A DNA stretch of 64,000 nt, taken from the NCBI RefSeq assembly GCF_006345805.1, contig NC_043012.1:30504001-30568000 (forward strand), given 5' to 3'. The notes under the pieces were generated by a model. It saw nothing but the letters and a program-made list of their open reading frames with translations. It did not search any database and was not told where the DNA came from. The DNA comes from Octopus sinensis (Eukaryota). A program made the translations under genes and the position numbers. Shown here in pieces: positions 26,531 through 41,124 of this stretch (position 1 is the stretch's first letter; each line of letters opens with the position of its first letter).

Positions 26531-28176
26531 AACCTCCATCTGATGCGCTACATCATAGACAGAGTAGTTAAGGAACCTGGCATGGGTGGGGCCCTGATCA
26601 ATTTGGATCAATCGAAAGCCTTCGATAGGGTAGACCATCGATACTTGGAGGCAGTCCTCAGAGCGGCTGGTTTCGGTCCCGTCTTCCGCGGCTGGATAGC
26701 TGCCTTGTGCAGAGGCATCCGTTCGGTAGTTCGCGTAAATGGACATCTATTGAGACCTTTCGACATTGCACGTTCGGTCCGTCAGGGATGCCCCCTCTCA
26801 TTGCTTCTATACGTATTGACTCTCGAGCCACTACTGCGGAAGCTGGCGACTCTGAGGGGCATCCCGCGAGAATTGGGATGCGGGACAAGCGTGTCTGCAT
26901 ACGCGGACGACGTCACCATCACCAAACTAGAACGCATTCTCTTCCGCTTCTTGTGGAAAGAATGCGTCCCGATGGTCAGGCGATCCATTTGCTGTGAACA
27001 CCCGTTAAAAGGAGGGCTGGGCATGCCGTGGTTGATGATGCGCAGACACGCGCTGAGACTGCGACATCTCCGGCTCTATGTAGACGACGGTGAACAGGTG
27101 TGGTCGCCGTTTGTGAGGTACGCGTTCCCGCAGCTCGTCTCCATGACCGAACTGCAGTCGTGGATCAAACCGAATCGACCTTGAGTGACTTCAACACAAC
27201 CAAAGTATTCCATAGGGGATTAGTGGAGGGGAGGTACGACGACGATCTTGGGGCAAACCTGGGCGTCGACGAGGAAACCTGACCCGCCTGTTTGAAACGA
27301 CATTCGGGCCGGGACCTATGGACAACTTCCAGAGATCCCTGGCCTGGCGGTGCTACCGAGAAGCGCTACCCGTTCGGGATAAGCTCTATAAGCATGGCTC
27401 GAGAAACACGGGGCCGACCTGCCCGAGATGCGGGCAGAGCGACGAAACCGTTCTGCACGTAATCGTGCAGTGTCCAACAATCTCCGACCTGTGGGCTTAT
27501 GTCGAACGACTGCTGTCTCGTGTGGGACGTGTCGGTTTAATATCGTCACGCCTCCTTCCTTCAAACGGGAAGGAAGAGCTATTTTTATCATACTTGTTGC
27601 TATGGTGAAAGAATGTATCTGGTGGACGCGCCTGAAAGGATTAGAGACATAGACTTTCATCTCTGGTCAATCTCTCATCAACTTCTTCAAGTATTACTTG
27701 AAGAGGAAAGTGAGAGTAGAGAGGCAAGTTTTGTTTAGTGAATGTTTTAAAAAAAGATGGGTGAATGTAGCAAGGATGGCACGTATGAATGGCGAAGCCA
27801 CCTTGACTATGATTCTATGAACCGTAAAGATTAATACAGAGAGTTGCTTATTTGTAAAAAAAACAAAAAAACATGTGATTTCATTGACCGAGGTTACCGT
27901 GGTCTTTTCCGTAGGCTTTTCTTTCCACGCGTAAACCTCACCTGTCCTCCCCTTTACACTTTATATTGACATTTCTGTGATAACGATCCCTATTGATCAT
28001 TTTTTTTCCTTTCCCTTTTTTTAAAAAATTTTACCCAGCCCCTTTTTTGTCCTCTTTCTTTCCTTTTACGATCCCTTTTGATCGAAAACCAAACCCCCTT
28101 TTTTACCCCCAAAAGAAAAGCTCTACCTTGTAATTTGTCCTGTCTGTGTGCAGCCCTGTGTGGCTAATAAAGAAAC
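26531..28176 (+). mobile_element. Tx1-clade LINE, 5'-truncated and internally deleted, inserted in (TATC)n
   Basis: RT motifs LDQSKAFDRVDH, VRQGCPLS and YADD are joined directly to LERILFRFLW...GGLG. zf-RVT CPRCGQSDETVLHVIVQC. 3' end gtggctaataaagaaac. (TATC)n on both flanks. Confidence 0.92.
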
Positions 28177-28177
28177 A

Positions 28178-28237
<60 letters not shown>

Positions 28238-28329
28238 CATCTATCCATCCATCCATCCATCCATCCATCCATCCAGCCAGCCAGCCAGCCAGCCAGCCAG
28301 CCTACCAGCCATCCTATCCTGCTGACAAC

Positions 28330-28870
28330 GATATAATTATTGTCCCTGGTACCAGTTGGGTGGAAGCTTAAACTTGTGTAGAGATGGAGTTCGTTCTTAA
28401 GCTGAAGCAATGGTCGCTGTGTTTGGGGGCATTCAGGTGGTGTATAAAATATGGGTGACTGAAGGTGAAAGACTTGTCAGTGAAGAATATGGCAATACAT
28501 TCTTCACCGACGTGATCAGTCATCTGGGACTGCTTGATCACGTGCTACTCTTGAATGGCAGCTATTGTAGTAGCCATAGAAAAAAAAAAAAGAAGCAGAG
28601 ACAGGAGACAGTATGTCTGTGGGTGAGAGGTTGGTGTGCGCGACTGGCTGATTCCATGCCAACCAGAGAGATGGCTAATCTTGTCTTGGATGCTATGAGA
28701 TTTGTTTGTTTTCCAAACGTAGCACAAGGTCACTTTGTGGTTCACATCTAAACTGATGGTGGCTAAGGAGGAAATTCAGTCTTTATGAAGTTGTATTTGC
28801 TACGCTGAGAACCTGTGTTCGCCAGATCTGTCTTAGCATTTCTGGTGAGATTTAAGATTGCAGAACCTTC
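28330..28870 (-). mobile_element. Probable old LINE remnant
   Basis: Complex GC-richer island with broken ORF-like segments; clade not assignable. Confidence 0.3.
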
Positions 28871-28908
28871 AGTTTTCGTAGTTAGGGGTGGCAACTTACG
28901 AAAATGTC

Positions 28909-29299
28909 AGTGGCTGTGTGGTAAGTAGCTTGCTAACCAACCACATGGTTCCGGGTTCAGTCCCACTGCGTGGCATCTTGGGCAAGTGTCTTCTGCTATA
29001 GCCCCGGGACGACCAATGCCTTGTGAGTGGATTTGGTAGACGGAAACTGAAAGAAGCCTGTCGTATATATGTATATATGTGTATGTGTGTGTGTTTGTGT
29101 GTGTGTGTGTTTGTCCCCCCCTAGCATTGCTTGACAACCGATGCTGGTGTACTTACGTCCCCGTCACTTAGCGGTTCGGCAAAAGAGACCGATAGAATAA
29201 GTACTGGGCTTACAAAGAATAAGTCCCGGGGTCGATTTGCTCGACTAAAGGCGGTGCTCCAGCATGGCCGCAGTCAATTGACTGAAACAAGTAAAAGAG
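28909..29299 (+). mobile_element. tRNA-derived SINE (family A), near full length
   Basis: Same head and tail as 18591-18948. Further copies near 9415-9768(+), 24995-25372(-), 25945-26290(-), 31770-32183(-), 42765-43230(-), 44590-45100(+), 8340-8490(+) and 21075-21205(-). Confidence 0.88.
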
Positions 29300-29454
29300 T
29301 ATGTATTGTGGTTGTGTCTTTGTGCAGAATATTGATGTGACACCATTATGAGATTCTACTGAGGTTCCTCTTCATAGAGTCAACAACTTACGCGTGTGTG
29401 TGTGTATAAATATTATATATATATATATATATATAATATATATATATATATATA

Positions 29455-29683
29455 AATCTGCATTTTGGATGGATCATACTGTCAATGAAACCACACGCAC
29501 TGGTTATGGTTTACATCAGTTTAACCAACTAGATAATTAATCAATAAGTCATTGGTTGATTGATGAGTGCCTGAAAGCTCTTTCGTTACAGTCTGTGACA
29601 TCAACGACAATATGCCCTTCAAGAATCTCTTGCATGTTTTCTTTTCACCTGTCAATCTCTCTGTTTCTCCACCCCATCTCTCA

Positions 29684-29775
<92 letters not shown>

Positions 29776-30442
29776 GTCTTGTTTTCCATTTGTGTGTGTC
29801 TTTCGTTGTTCGGAAAAATAGTTCATATTCCATTTACTCGTACTTCGTATATTTTGTTGTACACGTTTCATGACGTCCTGTGCCCATATATGCACACACA
29901 TATATATATATATATATATAATTTGTCTAATTTCGTCATATTTGGCATTATATTTTTTCTTTTGCCCTCATTTTATAAGTTATTTATAAATTTAACCTTT
30001 AAAACTATTTTTTAATACGCTAGCCAATGATAATTTTTTTTTCGAAAAACTTTTATCCTACATTAGATATATATACATATATATGTATATGCACAACGAA
30101 AATTTTAATTTTGGACATGCATTTACCAAAGGTTTCGTATCCATAAAAGTGTGATTCTTTTGCGATACGCTTTATTGACTATATATATATATATATAATA
30201 TTGTATTTTGGAAGGATTATACTGTCAATAAAAAACACACGCACTGGTTATGGTTTACTTCAGTTTTATTACCAATCAATTAGATGATTAATCAATAAGT
30301 CAATTGGTTGATTGATGAATGTCTGAAAGTTCTTTCGTCACAGTCTGTGACATTCCAATGACAATATGCCATTCAAGAATATCTCTCCTCTTAGAACTTA
30401 TTGCATGTTTTCTGCTCATTTGTCTACCCCATCTCTCAATAC
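29455..30442. repeat. Local tandem duplication of a ~235-bp non-simple block
   Basis: 29455-29687 and 30200-30442 share cacacgcactggttatggtttac, ttaatcaataagtca, ttggttgattgatga, cagtctgtgacat and ccccatctctcaataca. Confidence 0.9.
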
Positions 30443-30477
30443 ATACATACGTATGTATATGCATATATGTGTGTGTG

Positions 30478-30548
<71 letters not shown>

Positions 30549-31949
30549 GTGTGTGTGTTTTGAGTATGTGCGTTGTGTGTATATATATGTATATATGGTA
30601 TATGTGTTTGTATATACGTATATATGTTTATAATCTACGTTTGTTGTGAGTGAATGCGCTGTGTATGAGTGCATGTGTGTATGAGAAAGAGAGAGAGAGA
30701 GAGAGTGTGTGTGTGCGTTGTATATATATATATATATATATATATATTGATAGATAGATAGATAGATAGATATATGTATGTATGTATATATTTGCATATG
30801 TCTGTATGCATCTTCATGTGCAAAGAATTGTGAGACTGATTCACAAGCGAATTCCAGTGTGACTGTTCGTTAGAATTCCTCTCTGTTGCGACGCTCAGTT
30901 GGTTCATTCCGTTGCTTCTGGTTCTAAGAACGTTGTATTATTTTTCAAACATTGTATCTTTAATAATTCTTACTGTTGCTTTTTAAACGTTGCCCATCCT
31001 CTGCTCGAGTAAAGTTTCTTTACTGAAATGTATTCCATCCCTGACCGTCCAATCTGACGTCAGGGATTCCCTTATCCAGTATGTTCTCTCTTCATTAAGA
31101 TACAAGAGTGTGATTTTAGTGTGAATTGGCTACTGTTCAGAGCACATTGAGTGAAGGCAAAGAGTCTCCCTCATTGGGTCATAAAATCAACTTCGATTAT
31201 ATCTAAACACAGAACAGGAAAAAAGTTGTTACTAAATGGCACAACGTGCCGCGTTCAGTTCTCTGCCGAATCTGCTCTCATGTATCTATTTTATTGATTC
31301 TTAATTGAGAAACAAAGCCACGAGTAACAGAAAGGACGATTATATGTACTCCAACTCCACTGTTTTACGGATGCTTTATTTTATTGACCATGAGAAGATA
31401 CAAGGTCACGTTACTCTCGCCAGAATTCGAATCCTGTTTGTAAATGTATGAAAATAACTAAGATGAAGTTTACTGCAAGTCACTCTACGGATATTTTCCA
31501 CTCTGTTTATTGACACCATGTATGGCGATAGGAGGATGCAATTGACACAGCTCCAACAATGTTTTGCGATTTAGTGTTCAAACTGCACTGAAGTCGAATT
31601 AGCATTTTGTTGTTCCGGGTTTCATAAACTAAAATAAAAGTCAAATATTGGGATTATCTATCTGAATGTGCTTGTGTGTATGTATACGAGGAACTGGCTA
31701 CACCTCGGGGAAACACCAGTATAATATGCCATTGGACATATATACGTGTGCGTGTATATATATATACACAATCTTTTGCTTGTTTCAGCCATTAGACTGC
31801 AGCCATGCTGGAGAAGCACCCCGAAGAGTTTTTAGTGGAATGGAGCTACTCCAGTACTTAAGCCTGGTGCTTATTCTATCCGTCTCTTTTTGCCTCTAAG
31901 TTATGGGGACGTAAACATACCAAGCACTGGTTGTCAAACATTGGTGGGC

Positions 31950-32018
<69 letters not shown>

Positions 32019-33430
32019 GTCTGTTTGTATAATATGGGCTTTTTCAGTTCTGTTTTCCAAATCCACTGACAGTCCTTTGCTTGACCCGAGAAGACACTTG
32101 TCTAAGGTTCCATACAAAGAGACTGAACCTGGGACTATGTACTTGGGAAGCAAGCTTCTTGTGACATAGCCACGCCAGCGCCGATATATATATATATATA
32201 TATATATCGAGAAAGGGAGAGAGAGAGAGGGGGGGAGTGAGAGAGTTACAAATATGTCATATCATTGACACAAAAATAGGTTCAAACCCAAACAGTAACC
32301 TGAAGTTGAGAGTAATTAAGATGGACCCAGAGCCTGACTGATACTTTACTTCATCGACTCTGGAGAGATTCAAGGCAAAAGTGACATCTACGGAATTCGA
32401 ACTTGTTACGTTAAAGAGTCAATGTCTCTGACGATCTAACGATTCTTCAACAGTATGAAACTTATCTCATTAATAATAACTGCATGTTTGTACATTCCTC
32501 GTCGCTGCTTCTGGTCGCGACAATATTTCTGTCCTTACACTTGAAGTAAGGTATGTGCCGAGTAAATCGTATCTCATGATGTCTTCTGTTAACACTGTAT
32601 GTGTTAATGTGATGAAATCTACACTTTTTGCTACATCACTACATACTAATACCACCCCCACTTAGGTATCGTACATTGGGGCAGACAACTTTATCCATTT
32701 CTGTCGATATATTGAAGTTATTAGCATTTCCGTGTATCTGACTACGAATGAAGATTTTGTAACCCATATTATATACGTTCTTTTTATAGTATCTACATTA
32801 AGGATCTTAAATTAGCTGTGGATTCTTACTTTTTTGTTTGTAGCTACGTTTATACTGTAAGGTTGATTGTACCAGATAATGTTTTGTCTTCTGGGATATT
32901 TTTCTGTGTAGGATGCTCGATGCACGTCCTTTAGTGTTTCGCTAAATCCATTTCATAGTTATACTGAAGCCGCATAAAGATAGCTTTAATGATCGGTTTC
33001 ATATCATTCTAAATGTATGTATATATGCTTTATTTTTTAGATTCGGTTATCGATGCGCCTCGTTTGTTTTAGATGTTATGTCTATGTATGGTAACAAAAG
33101 CAAAGAGTGAAACATCATGTTTGAAGCGGCATTTATGTTGACTACAACATAGAAATTCTGAGCAGCTACAGAGCGACTCAACTGATTTCTACTCTCTCTC
33201 TCTCTCTCTCTCTCGCTCGCTCGCTCTCTCTCTCTCTCACACACACTATAATGTCATAAAACTTCATGCTGTTGTCAGTAGGGAAAACATTAATCGATTT
33301 TCAGGTTTTGTATACAACTTTGAATATTGTTGTTATTACATTAATAGTTATATCAGTGTTGTTTTCTTCATCATACCTAGAAACAATGTTTTTATTGTGG
33401 GTTATGGCATGCATTTCAAGATGTCCAGCA

Positions 33431-33469
<39 letters not shown>

Positions 33470-34862
33470 TTATTATTATTATTATTATCATTATTGAAAT
33501 ATTGGTGTTATGTTTGTTATGTAAGATCTCGTTTCACAAGTTTTCGGTTCAGGTTCATTTACATTCGTATAGTTTTGTTTCCAACCGGAGGCAAGGTTAA
33601 ATCCCGGTTATATAACCACATTCACTCCTTTAAATACAAATGAAATACGTCGTTGGCCCAGTTCATCTTGGGGCTCAAAGGTAGGAATAAAGACAGCTCC
33701 ATTTCGTATTCTATTGTAGGCACTGCTCTTCCTTATTGATGGGGTGCTGGAAGTTGCAATTTTTGCTCGGTGAAGGCGTTTGAATGGTCAAGTGTAAATC
33801 CAATCTAATTAACCAACATAACGAGTTATTAAATCGATGTTCTCAACTATTTAAGGAAATATGCTTAAAATTTCCACACAAAAATCTCACATAACCTTTT
33901 ACTTTGGTATAAATACAAGTAATGCCTATGGTTTACTTTGCCTCCTTACTTTACCTTCTATGGTAAGCACTTCTTTGGCAAACACATTTTTCCCATCTGA
34001 TTCTTTTAAATCTAATCCTTCACTATTGACACTTGGCGTAATTCAGTTTAATTCTGTTTCATTTCATTTTGCTTCAGTTTAAATGTAATAAAACTTGATA
34101 TTTCTCGAAAGGAATGGAGAAGCAGAAAAGTATCTTGTAAATTCTACATGCTGTCGCTATGTACCCTGTTGACAATTCCCCGCTTCCTCATCTAGTTACT
34201 TCAAATCCATTCCTACCGCAGACTAACCAGCAAATAATGTTGTTAGCTAGTAGTGATCTTCCGTAAGCTACGTTCTCACAGACAAACATACTCCAACACT
34301 TGATGACAACTTGACCTCCAAGGACTGAGAATGTGACAAGTATAAATAAAAATCAGGGGAGATAATCTGATGCATGTGTGTTAACTGGAGTTTCATTCCC
34401 ATAAGAACTGATTGTAGAAGGTTCTGAAAAATCTACCGTCATACCTTTCAAGAGAATAGTTGAGGGCTAATTGTTCCATTTATCAATTGATTGTGGTTGA
34501 TTCTGCATGCAAACTATTGCATAGGGTGGAAACAGTTCCTCAGGTCATTCGAAATTTTCGTAAATAAAGTTATGCAAGAATATAATTCTTCATTCTTTGA
34601 TTGCTACAAATATTGATCTGCCTTCCAGTGTGTATGCCAATATGTACATCGAAGACGATGGCAGAATCATTAGCACGTCGGGCAAATTGCAGAGCGACAT
34701 TTAGTCCGTTTTCATGTTCTGAGTTCAAATTGCGCCGAGGTAGACATTGGCTTTTATCATTTAGAGGTCCATAAAATATGTAAAATTTGAACATTGGGGT
34801 CAGTGTAATCAACTTAGCCCCACCTCCAAAATTGCTGATCTTGTGCAAAAATTTGAAACCAG

Positions 34863-34902
<40 letters not shown>

Positions 34903-34920
34903 TATATATATATATATATA

Positions 34921-35095
34921 CTTTATTTAAAGCAGCAGAAAATTCAACAAAACCTGTTACACTGAGTTTCACGTTCCCGTTCGTCGGACAGTTTTTGCTA
35001 GATTCTAGATGCTTTAAATAAAGCATATTACTCTACCACTGGTATTTAAGTACTCTTTTTTCCACCTCGTTTCACATTTATGTGTTTACTCTCCG
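34921..35095 (-). mobile_element. Penelope-derived fragment with minimal hammerhead motif
   Basis: cugu-CCGACGA-ACG-ggaa-CGU-GAAAC-ucagu-GUA|acag at 34954-34991, with helix I extendable. 14-bp inverted repeat at 34921-34934/35010-35023. Embedded in (TA)n. Confidence 0.6.
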
Positions 35096-35146
35096 GTATA
35101 TATATATATATACACACATATATATAGTTATCTCAATCGTTTGCCT

Positions 35147-35178
<32 letters not shown>

Positions 35179-35180
35179 CC

Positions 35181-35259
<79 letters not shown>

Positions 35260-35635
35260 TTTTTAGCGTTCCATTTATTTCCAGGTTCACCTTTTCTAAT
35301 CACTATTCCTTGCTAATCACTATGCTTCGAACAAAATACTTTTATGTCAAACTAGTTTCTGTTGGACATTTGCTGTTTGGTTGGAACTCATATTCACAAC
35401 AGGTGTCTTTCCAAAGGAACATTACGTTAAACTTGCTAATTGTCACGATTAAAATAAAAAAAAGAAAAGAAAATAAAGCAACACGACAAACACAAAAAAA
35501 GTCCGAAAAGATGCGAGCAATTATTATTAATTAAAATAAATCATATTTGAATTAATAGATTAATTTTGGGGTTTAATGCGAACATTAGAAGTTATTGGAA
35601 TTGTGATAATACATCTACTGTATCCATTCTCATAT

Positions 35636-35731
<96 letters not shown>

Positions 35732-35805
35732 ATATATTATATATATATATTATTATATATTATATATATATATATTATATATATATATTATATTATATAA
35801 TATAT

Positions 35806-35842
<37 letters not shown>

Positions 35843-36085
35843 TGTATGTATATACACTTGTGTACATATATATATAATATATATGCACAGGTACACAACT
35901 GGATTTAAAGAATATTCGAGTTGATTAACCGAATGTTTATGTTAGGATTAATTTTAAAACATGAAATAGAATTAATTAATAAATTGTAATAAATCGATTT
36001 TCCTATAGAAATCAATATCAACTTGAATGTTATGTCAAACTGTTGATCTTGCTATTTGGGTTACTGTTATTTTAATTAACAAACA

Positions 36086-36144
<59 letters not shown>

Positions 36145-36413
36145 TATTATTATTATTATTATTATCATCATTGTTATTGCTGTTATTATTATTATTGTTA
36201 AAGAAATCGTTATTATTGTTATTATTGGTTGTTGTTAATACTGTTGCTGTTATCATAATTACAAAATTCACGAACGCCATCTCCGCAATTGGCATCTCAT
36301 CAATCAACATCATTATGGTCGAAATTAACTTTTGTTAATTTTGTTATTATTGTTGTCGACGTTATTAACGTCGATATTGTTAATATCATTATTTTTTGTT
36401 ATTAATGTTGTTG

Positions 36414-36491
<78 letters not shown>

Positions 36492-36789
36492 CATCATCAT
36501 CATTGTTATTGCTGTTATTATTATTATTATTACTACTTTGCTTCTCGGTCTTGTTTATTCTGGTAGATTCTGCGAGAGCAGATACAATCCTGCTGTCAGA
36601 GGTCTCACAGGGAAGAATATTATGACCCCGTATTATCAAAGGATTATTATTATGTATATCTTTGTTATTGTTATTGTTATTATTTTAGTTGGGTCGGTTC
36701 AGAACTGAGGATGGTTAGGCACTGAGACAACATTATGATAAAGGTGGCCACCCTCACCAAGAAGCTATCTCTAAGAGGAAAGCTCTTCC

Positions 36790-37720
36790 TGAAAAGTCAT
36801 GTCTTGGTGCCGAATGAATACGTCAGCTTGATTATAATCGCCTGACTGTTTTCATCTGGAGATCTTCTGGCTGGTTCCTGTTGAAAAGAACATGTATCCA
36901 TATGCTGCCAACATACTTTGCATGGAGTGTTCAGAATACCGTGGTAGATGATGCGCAGACATAAGCAGAAGCTACAAAATCTACAGATATCTCCAAGTGT
37001 GGTCACCCATTTAGAGGTGCCATTTTCTACAGCCCACTCCTTTGACGGAACTGCAGTCCTGGGACAAGCTAAGACTAGGCGCCTGATATATAGAATGTGG
37101 TCAGGAAACCACAGGCCTCTTCCTGCAGGAAAGTGTGGCCAGGGAAACTCGCATACTAAAATTCTATGCAAGGGTAGTAGCGAATAAGACCAAATAATTT
37201 CTCTGGGGACTTCTGGGCATCGACGAGAATTAAATGGCGTGTTGTAGAGAATTATCATCCCGGAGTTTATAGACAACTTCCAGCTATCCCCGACTTCCTA
37301 TTTGTTACCTTGGAGAAGTGGGGGCTATTGCCTGTTAGAAATAAACTGCATAGGCACAAAAGTGTTGTGAGTCAGGTCTGTCCGAGATTAGCGGAGAAAA
37401 TCGAAACCGTTATATACTGTTTTGTAGATTTTGATGAACTGCTGTTGGCGCGTATATGATGGATTCGGCTGTCGATCAAATTCGTCGTGGACATCATTTC
37501 GCTGGGAAGAGCAGGCAATTGTGTGATTGAGCGGTGGATGCAACTAAAAAAACCGATGAAGACTGACACTTTCCTCTCTATAATAATTCTTTTCAGTATT
37601 TTCAGGTGACAGAAAGATGGAATAGGAGAGGAAGGTGCTGCTCTGTTGATACACATGGCCCGTGGGTATTAGCCAAAACGCAGACGTAGCCCATGGGATT
37701 AAAGCTGGGAAAGCATACAT
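36790..37720 (+). mobile_element. Degenerate Tx1-clade LINE fragment
   Basis: ccgtggtagatgatgcgcagaca and gacaacttccag...gcctgttagaaataaact match the 26.5-28.2 kb element. Many stops. Confidence 0.7.
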
Positions 37721-38791
37721 TGATTGGCTGTAACCTCTTCATTATGAGATTTTATGGAACCTTATATTCTCTTTGTTGTTTATCTTATTCCAACGATACT
37801 TTTTGTAACTTGTCACGGGGATGGTCGTTCATCCATCAGCTTTGTGGTGCGTAAAAGAAACCGACAGTGTTATTATTATTATTAGCGCCCTACCCGTCCA
37901 TCCATCGCCCTAGTGGCAATAATACAGGGACGATTATTATTATGATTATGGAATTATTATTATTATTATATTATTATTATTATTATTATCATGATGTTAT
38001 TATTAATATTATTACCATTATTATTATTAATTATTGTAGTTATTATTAACATCATATTAAGAATATTACGATTTTAGTATTAATATTTCCGTCAATTTTC
38101 GTTATTATCATTTCAGAAATGAAATTATTTCATCAAAGAAGATTTTGTTTGTTTTTATTTTATTTTTTTTTCGCAGAGGAAGTTTTATTGATTATTGATT
38201 TCATCAAACATTGCAAATTGATAGATTTCAACATTTATGTATTTATTTATTTATTTATTGAATTAACAATACCATTATTATTATTGTTATCATTATTATG
38301 AATATTATTACCTATTATTATTGATTATTATTATTATTAATATTATTATCATTATTATAACCAATTATTATTATAAATTATTATTGTTATTATAATCATT
38401 GTTCTCATCATCGTTTTCATTAAAAAATATTTTTCCAATGTTTTTATTTATAGTTTAAGGCAGATAAAAGCAAAAGAAAAAGTTTGTGAATCCATTTTTT
38501 CTTATTTGTTGTTTGTCGTATTTATTTTTCGTCTTTTTTTTTCCATTTTTTTTGTCATATGTTCATTTATTATCTTTTTAAAGTTTTTTTTATTTTTAAA
38601 ATTTTGATTTTCTTTTAAATCGTTTTGCTCATTATATTTTATGAATTGCTTTCCGTTTAAGTTCAGGCCATTAACAAAAAAAAAATTAGGTATTTAAAAA
38701 AATAAAACATTAAGAATGAAATAAATAAATAAATAGATAGATAAATAGATAAAAAATTTCAATTAGAAATGAGTTCGTTAAAGGTACAGAA

Positions 38792-38979
38792 TTAACAGTG
38801 TATGCAGAAAGGGCTTCCAGGGATCGGCTCGTCTCCCCAGTTGATGGATAATGTGTGGTCTCCAGGTTCGTTCACTTTGTATTGTAGAGCGTAAGCGTTT
38901 CTACCTGAGGCTTTGTACGCGAGTTCAACTGGAGGATTGCCTTTCTCTGAGACCATTCCAACATTCAACATGCCATGAC
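38792..38979 (-). CDS. FLN: Filamin-family gene, terminal coding exon (C-terminal part of the last Ig-like filamin repeat, the dimerisation repeat)
   Basis: Acceptor ccatttttcag|GT. Phase-1 translation GHGMLNVGMVSEKGNPPVELAYKASGRNAYALQYKVNEPGDHTLSINWGDEPIPGSPFCIHC* ends in the filamin-repeat signature WGDxxIPGSPF. AATAAA signals lie downstream. Family-level call only; the paralogue is not identified. Confidence 0.92.
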
Positions 38980-40188
38980 CTGAAAAATGGAATAGTTCAT
39001 GGTTAAATAAGTCGATAATCAAATAGACCTCATAGTTAGAGAGGAAAATAGTCAGATAATTAAATTGAAAATCAGTTATATTGATACTCACATTTTAAGA
39101 GAGTGAGATAACTAGATATTCAAATAACCAGATAATTAGCTAGTTAGATAGGAAGGTAGTTAGATAGTTAAATAGTAATTTCTATAGTTAGATACTCAGT
39201 TGGTCAGATAATTGGGAAGCGAGATAGAAATTAAGACAGTCAGATAGCTAGATAGTCAATTAGATTGTCAGATAGCTAAGTAGTCAGATAGTGAAATAAT
39301 TAGCTTGATTGTAAGATAACCAGTTCTATAGTTTGATGACAACATAGTCAAATTGCTCGATATTAAGATAAGTCCGATAGCAAAATAGTGAGTTTGTCAG
39401 AAGGAAGATATTCAGATAGATAGTCAGGTGGGAAGCTAGTCAAATAGATAGTCTTAGATATCAATTTGGTAAGGCACTCAGGTAAGACACCGAGCTGCTT
39501 GGGTAGCTAGATAATCAGATTATTAGTCATATATTTAGATATTAAGATAGCAAAACAGTCGGGCAATAAGATACTAAATCTGACGAATAGATAGATATCG
39601 TTTGTGTTTATATTTTTTGTGTATGTATATATGTGTTTATCTGTATGTATGTATATTTTTGTATGTAAGAATGTGTTTTTTGTGCATATATGTGAATAGT
39701 CAGATAGTAAACTACCTGTAGTCAAAGATAGTAAAAAGATAGTCAGTCAAGGGAGTTTGTCAGACACGGCTGGTTAGTTGCATAATCAAACTAAAAATGA
39801 TCAGCTGGCAAAGTAATGAAAAAATAATGAGGTAATTAGATCAGTGAGACAGGTAGCGAAGCAGTAGGCTGCGATTTGTGATATTTCGAGAGAGACATTG
39901 GCATAATGATATAGTTTTACAAATAAAGATCTTTCGGAGAAAGTCAATTAAGATTGAAGGTATTTCTTCGGCAATTTCCGCAAAAAGAATGTTTTTGCTT
40001 AAATTTTTTTCAGCCGAATCGTTTGTGCTTATATATTTTTGTGTATGTATGTATATTTTTGTATGTAGGAATGTGTTTTTGTGCATGTATGTGAATAGTG
40101 AGATAGTAAACTACCTGTAGTCAAAGAGTCAGGGAGTCAAGTAGTTAGTAGATATTAAAAACTAATCCGAAATCAAGCGATAACTCAC

Positions 40189-40380
40189 CGGCATCCTTCA
40201 CGTCTAAATTAATATTGACAACACGGTTATTGAACGCCTTCTTCAGTCCGGCGCCTTTAGCCAAGACCTTGGTTGCGTCACCACGGAGTTTCTTGGTGGT
40301 CACATGACCGATCTTCTTGTCAACGGTTTCAATAACCAGAGTACTTGTTTCAGTGAATGGACACGGTTTATGACCAGCAC
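40189..40380 (-). CDS. FLN: Filamin-family gene, penultimate exon (hinge 2 plus start of last repeat), 192 nt, phase 1-1
   Basis: ttgttaacag|GTGCTGG...GATGCCG|gtgagtt. Translation GAGHKPCPFTETSTLVIETVDKKIGHVTTKKLRGDATKVLAKGAGLKKAFNNRVVNINLDVKDAG has the hinge-2-like ETSxxxxETVxK and the repeat start DAxKVxAKGxGLKKAF. Splices in frame to 38792-38979. Confidence 0.9.
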
Positions 40381-40659
40381 CTGTTAACAACGGGGAGACG
40401 ATGGAAAAATAAAGAAAAAATGTTAGTCATATTATTATTATTATTTTTTTAGATTGGCAGATTCATTAGTGCGAGGGACAAAATACCATGCGGTATTTCT
40501 TCCGACTCTATATGTTTTCTGAGCTCAAATGCCACTGAGCTGAACTTTACCTTTCATTCTTTCGGGGTTGGTAGAATTAAATTTTAGCCCCATGATGGGG
40601 ATCGATATATTCAGCTAATACTTCCCCGCCCTGAAATTGCTGCCCTAAACCATTATTAT

Positions 40660-40953
40660 TGTTATTATTATTATTTCTTTTTTTATCACAGGTTTTGTTG
40701 GAGCTGCTGGAGTCTTGTATGCGTAGCGGACTTGCTAACTACAGCCTACGGTATCTATGCTATTTTTTTCGACTCTCTAATACTTTCCTGATTATTCTGG
40801 CCATGCCAAGGAAAGCTTTTGTAACAATTCTACTGGGCACTCTATTCCAATTTCCTTTATATTCCCCCTGATGCCTTCTGACACTGTTCCCAAGGACCCA
40901 ACAATAATAGGCACTGCCTTCACTTTCATTTTCCATAGCCGGGATATTTCGTA

Positions 40954-41047
<94 letters not shown>

Positions 41048-41075
41048 GTCTATCTATCTATCTATTCTATTCTAT

Positions 41076-41124
<49 letters not shown>

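Noticed and set aside
33580-33790. About 58 open codons on the minus strand downstream of filamin
   Set aside because: No start codon, no consistent splice pair and no homology.
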